Below are positions 56,000 to 64,000 of a DNA stretch of 64,000 nucleotides, piece by piece. The translations under genes and the position numbers were made by a program. The stretch's first letter is position 1, and each line of letters starts with the position of its first letter. A model generated the notes under the pieces. The model did not search any database, was not told where the DNA came from, and was given only the letters and a program-made list of their open reading frames with translations. Origin of the DNA: the human T2T-CHM13v2.0 reference genome, Homo sapiens; NCBI RefSeq assembly GCF_009914755.1, contig NC_060932.1, one strand, 5' to 3'.

Positions 56000-56860
56000 A
56001 TCAGTCTTCTTAGCCTATAATGACACCACTGTACATTTACCCAATTGCTCAAACAAAAGACCACAGTCATTTTCAATTATTTTCTTTTCTTCTTTGACAC
56101 ATGCCATCCACCAATAATTCTGGTTGACTTTATCAAAAAATAAAAAGTAAAAAATCTGACCACCCATCACTATTTACACTTTTTCCGCATCATTCCAGAC
56201 CAACACTATTTTTCACATGCCAAACAGACACAACATCCTAACTGGTCTCTCTGCTTTCAGGTTTATCATATTACAACCCACACTCCAAACAACAACATGA
56301 TTTTTTTTAAAAAAAGCATAATATCATTTCCATTATTAAAACATTTATTTCAATAATTTGGTTTACAAATTATAATAAATTCAAATTTCTTATAAGTTTC
56401 CTACCAAACTCAACATAACCTGGTGACTACTTTTCTCTCCAGCTTTACGTCTTATTACTTTTCCCTTTTCCATTAATATCTTCCAGCTATGTGTGCCTTC
56501 TTTCTAGTCTTTAAGTATCATTGCCTTTGTACCTGTTATACCCTTTATACTACAGAGGCAGTTCTCTGGTGTTTTGCATAGTTCCCTTTGTATGGCTTAT
56601 ATCTCAGCTCAAAGTCACCTCTGCACTGTAGTTTTCCTGACCACCCTAATTAAAGTATCTCTAATGGCATCCATCATATCTACTCATTTTGTAAAACACT
56701 TATTGCAGCCTGAAAGAGTGATACTTTTGTTTTCATGTTTACTGTATCTCTCCCCTCAGTAAAAGATAATCTCCATGAGGGCAGAAGTCTTGCATGGTTT
56801 ATCACTCTATATCTTGCACTTAAAACAGTTTGGTGAATTGTAAGCATTCAATAGCTGCCT
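56000..56860 (+). mobile_element. L2 3' region
   Basis: 'acccaattgctcaaacaaaa', 'cctaactggtctctctgcttt', 'tctcagctcaaagtcacctc', 'ctccatgagggcag'. Confidence 0.8.
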
Positions 56861-57919
56861 GTATAGAGGGTTTGCTAACACAAGCATCTTACATACTAAT
56901 GAGAATTTCTATATGATTAGTGAATGCGTAACTTGAGACTATTATTTTTGTGGAAATGTATTTATACAGGGAAGCAGTTTTTGTGTCAATCTAGAGATAT
57001 CTGTGCACAACACCTCTCAGTGTTTAGGAATCAGATTATATTTATAATTAATATGTGTAGAATTGCCCTTAAATTTACTTTATTTTAGCAAACACACTGA
57101 TTTTGTTTTATAATTTATTGGGTTTTATTATCCTACTTTATGTCTTCTCCAGGAGTCAAAACAATGTCACATTCAATGATAGCATGTTACTACTAGTCAC
57201 AAACTCAATATAGACACAAAGAATGCCTACTTGCTTGTGACTTTCTGTTTTAATAAACAGACTCTTGTTTTTAACTGCAATCAAGAGGAAAAATAGGCCA
57301 TATCTTAAAGCTAAAAGAAAAATGTATTAATATTTCATTGAGGCACACTCATTTCCTGGATGGGAGATTAAGGGAACAGTAGTTTGCAATCTAATCTGAT
57401 GCACATTTCTGGGCAACAATAAGAAAAGTTATTAAAGTGAATGCAAAGTGTAGGTTGATCCTCACAGTGACTTATCTTCCTAATAACAAAACAATAAAAG
57501 CTCCACACTGATACTCTCAGAAAAACTCAATACCCCCATTTGCATCTCTAGTGTCTACTTATATGGATGAGCATTAATATTTGACCTTGAGCTACTGAGT
57601 TTGCTGTTTTAATTTCCTCTTTTGCAAAATCCACTAACTGTTAGGCATTACAAATGGCAATAAGTATAATCAGCCGGACTCAGAAAAATCTACTCTCTAC
57701 ATAGTGGATGGGAGAAAAGGAAAGGAAATAAAATAGAGGGAAAGGAGGCCAAAACAATAGCACACACAAAAAAAATAGAAATACAAAGGAAAAATCATGG
57801 TGACAATGAATCAGAGATTGCATTGTGGTAAGCAAAATCAGATCATTATACATATAACTACATTCTTCTCTTCAATGTTTAAAGTGTCATTTAAAGAAAA
57901 TTGGATTCAAAAAGGCTTC

Positions 57920-58260
57920 ATAAATCCTGTTAAATATTATTCATTCAACAAAAATTTACATATTATGTCCATTGTTCCAGATTGTAGGGACACCATGGTA
58001 AACAGACAAGGTCCCTGTAATTTATGATCCAATGGGAGGAGATAAATAAAAACAAGCAAAAATAAATTAAAATTATTGATAATGAGCACTCATAAAAAAG
58101 AATAAATATGTAAAATAGAATGATGTGTTAGAGTGTTGAATATATAATTATTAGACAGGGCAGTCAGGACAATGATCTAAGGAAATGACATTTCCACAAA
58201 TATCTGAATTATAAAATAGTGTCAGCCAAAGAAGCGTCAGAGAAGAATTAAGCAAACAAT
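57920..58260 (-). mobile_element. L2 3' end
   Basis: 'tcattcaacaaaaattta...gggacaccatggtaaacagacaaggtccctg'. Confidence 0.7.
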
Positions 58261-58529
58261 GATAATTTTTTTAACTTCTTGAAGTACTTGGTAGTTGCTT
58301 TAAAGCTAATTGTGTAATTGTGTTTTCTACATCATGCGTGCTCATAATCTAATATAAACAATACCAATGTGACTAAATAAAAACAATTTGGAATGTGAAA
58401 TCATCACAACATAGATTGTTTGATGATAACTTAGATGTCTGTATTCGTTTGGTTGAGTATTGATTTTGTCAATTATTTTAAGAGTCTTAATAATTTAAAT
58501 TGCTGAGTGCCTAGAAGATGCTAGAGTAG

Positions 58530-59195
58530 GAATATTTTGAATTCGTAGGCCAGTCAAACTTAGTTTCATATTCCAGTTTCGCAGGCTTTTAAGATGTGTA
58601 TGACCTTGGGGACATTATGCCACATGTCTGCACCTCAGTTTCTTTGTCCATAAAATGTGCATAATATAAATATTTCATAAGATAGTTGTTAAACTTAAAT
58701 GAGATAATTAGGCAAAAATATAGTTACCCTCGAACTATACAGGTTTGAAGGTCTACTTATATGCAGATTTTCTTCTGCCTCTGCCACTCCTGAGACAGCA
58801 AGAACAACCTCTCTTCTTCCTCCTCCTCTTCCTCTTCAGCCTATAAATTTGAGGACAAGGATGAAGTCCTTTATGATGACCTACTTTCACTTAATGAATC
58901 GTAAATATATATTCTTTTGCTTATGATTTTTCTTAATAACATTTTCTTTTCTCTAGCTTACTTTATTGTAGGAATACAGAATATAAATGCATATAACACA
59001 AAAATATATGTTAATTGACAATTTCTGTTATTAGTAAGGCTTCTGGTCAACTGCAGGCTATTAGTTTGCATTTGGGGGAGTCAAAAGGTATATGTTCAGT
59101 TTGTATTGTGCGAGGGACCAGTACCCATACACCGCTGTTTGTTCAAGGGCCAACTCTATAGTGCATAACGTGTAGTAGCTCTAAAAAAATTTTGT
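58530..59195 (+). mobile_element. MIR split by Tigger2a
   Basis: 'tgtatgaccttgggga...tctgcacctcagtttctttgtccataaaatg...ttaaatgagataat'; resumes after 59158. Confidence 0.7.
58721..59156 (+). mobile_element. Tigger2a (MER28) DNA transposon
   Basis: TIR-like ends 'agttaccctcgaac' and 'gttcaagggccaact'; 'ctgcctctgccactcctgagacagcaaga'. Confidence 0.88.
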
Positions 59196-59259
59196 GTTCA
59201 TGCTACTCCCTTTATGCACTACTCATGCAATTAAATATAACTATACAGATTTTTAAGAA

Positions 59260-59550
59260 AAATATCTAATATTTGATAGCACAACAGGGTACTATAGTCA
59301 ACAAAAATTTATTGTACATTTTAAAATAACTAAGAGTATAATTAAAATGTTTGTAACACAAATAAATTATACATGTTTGAAATGACAGATATCCTATTTA
59401 CCCTGATACGGTCATTACACCTTGTATGCCTGTATCAAAATGTCTCATGTACTTCATATATATATATATATATATGTCATATATATAATACACATATACA
59501 TACACATTATGTACCCATAAACATTACATTTTTAAAACAATTTTAAAAAG
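59260..59550 (+). mobile_element. L1MA2/3-like 3' end
   Basis: 'atctaatatttgatagcacaacagggtactatagtcaac...tgcctgtatcaaaatgtctcatgtac'. Confidence 0.85.
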
Positions 59551-59944
59551 AATATCATGTCATATATATAAAGGAAAATGGACTTTAGAAATAAATAGAT
59601 TTGAACCTAAGATCACTCAGCTTACCATTAGCTGAGCAAACTTCTATAATATCACCTTCTTCTCTGAAACTCAATGTAGACACGAAGGTTTTCGTTAGAT
59701 TAAATCAGAAAATGTATTTAGAGTACCTAACACATAACAATTGTTTAAAATCTATGATAGCTTTATGCAACAAAATTTATTATAATTATGCCTACAATTA
59801 TCTAGACTACTTTCAAAATTCAGACATCAACTTTATCCCAAAAAGGAGATTAAAAATCCATTTTAAGTTTTTGTGAAGAACCACCAATTAAAAATGTAGT
59901 TGCAAGTTTCACTAGACTAGTTAGTTTGGCTTAGGCTACCTTTA

Positions 59945-60370
59945 ATTTTTTTATATATCTTTTAATATATTTTTAATATATGTGTATATTAAATATATAT
60001 TATATTAATATAATATATAATATATATTTATTTAAATATATTAAATATATCATGTTTAATATATTTATATAAATATATTAAATATATTATGTTTAATATA
60101 TTTATATTTATACAATATATAATACATTTATATTATATTATAAATGTATATATACACATTGTATATTTATTATATTAATTTATTATATAATAAATATATA
60201 ATAAATATATTAATATATATTATATATACAATTTATTTTATATAAATATATAATATATAATTTATATGTTATATAAATTATACTGAATATATTTATATTA
60301 TATATTATGTTTTATATATATTTACATATTTAATGTATAATATATATTTAATATATTTTTAATAATTAAA
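59945..60370. repeat. AT-only low-complexity / degenerate (TA)n tract
   Basis: About 425 bp with very few G or C. Confidence 0.95.
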
Positions 60371-60644
60371 ATACAGTAATACTAAAATAGGAAATCTATG
60401 TCTGTGGACTGTAGCGCTAAGTTGTTCCCTATTCACTAAGATTCTCAGTTTTAACTAGACATGTAGGTTGGTTGAATAAATTAGATATAACAAATGTCAT
60501 AGGCTTTGGGAATAGATACCCTGGTTCATATTTTAGCATTATCACTTTTTACCCTTGTGATCTTAGATAAGCAGCATTACTTCTCTAAGCCTGCTTCCTA
60601 AAATAGAAATGAAAAGCATAAAAGAAACTACTTTTTTAAACTTA

Positions 60645-61112
<468 letters not shown>

Positions 61113-61300
61113 TCAGCATCTGGTAGAAATCTATAATAAAAATTTACCTGGCATTTTCTATAAAGATATATGAAATGAATACAAGTATTTTATTTTGTAC
61201 TTGATTCTAAACTGTACATATCCATATATTACTAAATAAAGATGAGGCGCTTCAATGGACATTTTCTACGTGCTACGTACTATGTTAAAGAGGTAGTGGT

Positions 61301-61653
<353 letters not shown>

Positions 61654-62124
61654 CTATACAAAATAAAGCTCCTTAATATGATATTGCTTACTTGATTACC
61701 AGAATAGTAAAAGAAAATATCATCAGTAGAAAAATAAAATGCGATCCCTATTTTCAATATTGGGATGGATTATGTACTTTGATTGATTCTCCTGCTGTGA
61801 ACAGCTAAAAACAATGCGTGAAGTTTAAATCAATGGGTAAAATAGAGCAAAAGAAATATATGCATGTGCTTGCATGCACAAACAACTCTTAAAATGTTGA
61901 TGAGTATTGAGCTGCCAAGGAATTAAAGAATCATCAGAGGCAAAAATAAATACATAAAAATGAAAAGCGAGAGAAATATATGACACTAAAATTGGCATTC
62001 ACCTGTATTGCATTTGATAGACTCCAGTGACCCTGAGCATTTAAATTTTTTTGTTCATAAAATCCTGGTGAAATCTGAGGCAGGAGTTAAAAAATAGACC
62101 AAGTATAAGAAAACAAGTTGTCAT

Positions 62125-62480
62125 TGTGGCTGTCTGCTTTGTATTGCTATAACAGAAAACCATAGACTAGCTAATTTATAAAGAAATAAATTATTTCTCG
62201 CAGGTCTAGAGCCTGGGAAAACTAATATCAAGGTGCTGACATTTTATGTGGGACTTCTTGCTCTGTCATCACATCACAGAAAGCAGAAAGACAAGAGAAC
62301 ACAAGCTCAAGAGAGGGTAGAAAGCAGCTGAACTCATTTTTTTAAAATCAGGAACCCACTGCTGCAATAATGTCATTAATCCATTCATGAGGGTAGAGGC
62401 CCTCATAGCCAAATGGCCTTCTAGAGGTTTCATCTCTCAAGACTACTGCAGTGAGGATTAAGTTTCCAACACAGGAATTG
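62125..62480 (-). mobile_element. MST (MSTC/D-like) MaLR LTR
   Basis: 'gtattgctataacagaaaaccatagactagctaatttataaagaaa'...'ttaatccattcatgagggtagag'...'gaggattaagtttccaacac'. Confidence 0.82.
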
Positions 62481-62673
62481 GACCCACAACTGACTTAAGA
62501 AATTACAATTAGGAACACAAAATTATATATATGTACGTGTGTGTGTGCACGCGCCTGTGTGTGTGTATATATGACATTTAAAGAAAGTACATGGGGAGTT
62601 AAAATAGGATTAAGAATTGAGATATGTAAAATCTTCAGATTTAGAAAAATGCGTGTAAAACTTGTAGAAATGA

Positions 62674-62740
62674 GACTGGGTGCGGTGGTTCACGCCTGTA
62701 ATCCCAGCACTTTGGGAGGCCAAGGCGGGTGGATGATGAA
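62674..62740 (+). mobile_element. Alu 5' fragment (~65 nt)
   Basis: 'gactgggtgcggtggttcacgcctgtaatcccagcactttgggaggccaaggcgggtggat', ending abruptly. Confidence 0.92.
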
Positions 62741-63085
62741 GTAGAGAGTAGAACAGTGGTTACCCGAAACTGGGGTGAGGATGTAGAAGAGAGCATGGGG
62801 AGAGGGTGGTCAACAGGTACAAAGTTACAATTAAATAGGAATAATTTCTAGTGTTCAATTTCACAGTAGGGTGACTATGGTTAACAGTAGGGTGACTATG
62901 GTTAACAGCAAGGTTTTGTATATTACAAAATAGCTAGAAGAGAACTTTTAAATGTTTTCATCACACAAAAAAATGATAAATGCAGAAGGTGATAAATATA
63001 TTTACCTTGATTTAATTGTTATACAACATATATATGTATCAAAATATCTAATTGTACACTATATGTAAAATTACAATGTGTCAAA
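62741..63085 (+). mobile_element. L1MA (MA4-6-like) 3' end
   Basis: 'gtagagagtagaacagtggttacc...ggtcaacaggtacaaagttacaatta...cacagtagggtgactatggttaac'. Confidence 0.85.
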
Positions 63086-63149
63086 AGCAGAATATGGGGC
63101 AGATTATATTACCAACTACATTTTAAGCTGGAGAAAAATTAAACAGCAA

Positions 63150-63370
63150 AATTTATAGGGGTCTTACTAGATGCCAAAAATATGCTAAGTATTTTTTCAA
63201 ATGTTAATTTATGTAAAACTTCAAAACAATCATCTGGAGATATAATTATTTTCTCCATTTTCTGGATGAGAAAACTGACACTTGGCTAATTTAAATAACT
63301 TGATCACTTTTACATAGTGGCAAAGCTGGAAATTTATATTCTTAAAACCTAAAATGCACTGCCTCTTACA
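63150..63370 (-). mobile_element. MIR
   Basis: 'attattttctccattttctggatgagaaaactgaca...taaataacttg...agtggcaaagctgg'. Confidence 0.75.
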
Positions 63371-63859
63371 ACTTAATATTTAAAGTAATAAGAATATTTT
63401 CTAAGATTAGAATAATAGTTACAAAATACAGCCAGGATTCAAAAGCAACCTTCTGACACCAAAGCAGTATTGCCTCTGTATTTCATCTCTTCATTTTCTG
63501 TCAATGGTAATTCATTGTTGATCTCATCTTGTTTTATGACTGGCTCCTAGGTTTATATTTGTAGCCCAAACATTTCCCTTAAAATTTAAACACATATCCA
63601 ACTACCTATCAAGAATAAATTGGATTCTACTTTACATTTCATAGAACTATATATGTTCAAGTAGATGTACTTGGATATTACATCTACTATTCTAGAATAG
63701 ATAGTATATCTACTATCCTACAGTAGATAGTTCATCTACTATCCTATAATAGGACGTACTTAGTATATATCCAAGTAGATATATATGATATCTAAAAATC
63801 TTATTTAATTTACTAGTTGTAAAGGATACATATAAAGATAAATAATGGAAATACTAGTT

Positions 63860-64000
63860 GAAGCTTCACCTCTTGATAGCTTTGGAATTGTGTTAAACAA
63901 AGCATTTAAACTTGCTGAACATCAGTTTTTTCATTTGTAAAATGGGACTAAAATAGTATCTATCTCATAATATTATTATGTGGCTCAAGTAGATTAATAT
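63860..64000 (+). mobile_element. MIR fragment
   Basis: 'tttaaacttgctgaacatcagttttttcatttgtaaaatgggactaaaatagtatctatctcata'. Confidence 0.75.

Overview
Primate (human-like) AT-rich genomic DNA with no recognisable host protein-coding exon, RNA gene or CRISPR array. It reads as intergenic or deep-intronic sequence built mostly from transposable elements: L1 (L1PA/PB/MA/MB/ME), Alu, L2, MIR, ERV1 (MER52/HUERS-P3-like provirus), ERVL/HERV-L (MLT2A), MaLR (MLT1, MST) and Tigger/hAT/mariner DNA elements. The ORF-track entries I could assign are repeat-derived; the rest are short and look like chance ORFs. I found no evidence for a new biological system. The most interesting items are insertion architectures visible in the sequence: (1) an L1PA7-like copy with both a twin-priming 5' inversion and an apparent ~200-bp 3' transduction inside one 15-bp TSD (30496-32508); (2) a TSD-flanked, polyadenylated ~490-bp retrocopy of an unidentified 3' UTR (15420-15940); (3) a MER52-type provirus with discordant LTRs and a protease fragment placed upstream of gag (26967-35436); (4) an Alu whose poly(A) tail position holds a G-quadruplex motif (48921-48942). 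Repeat family and subfamily names come from recalled consensus sequences, not from a database search, and boundaries of old elements are approximate.
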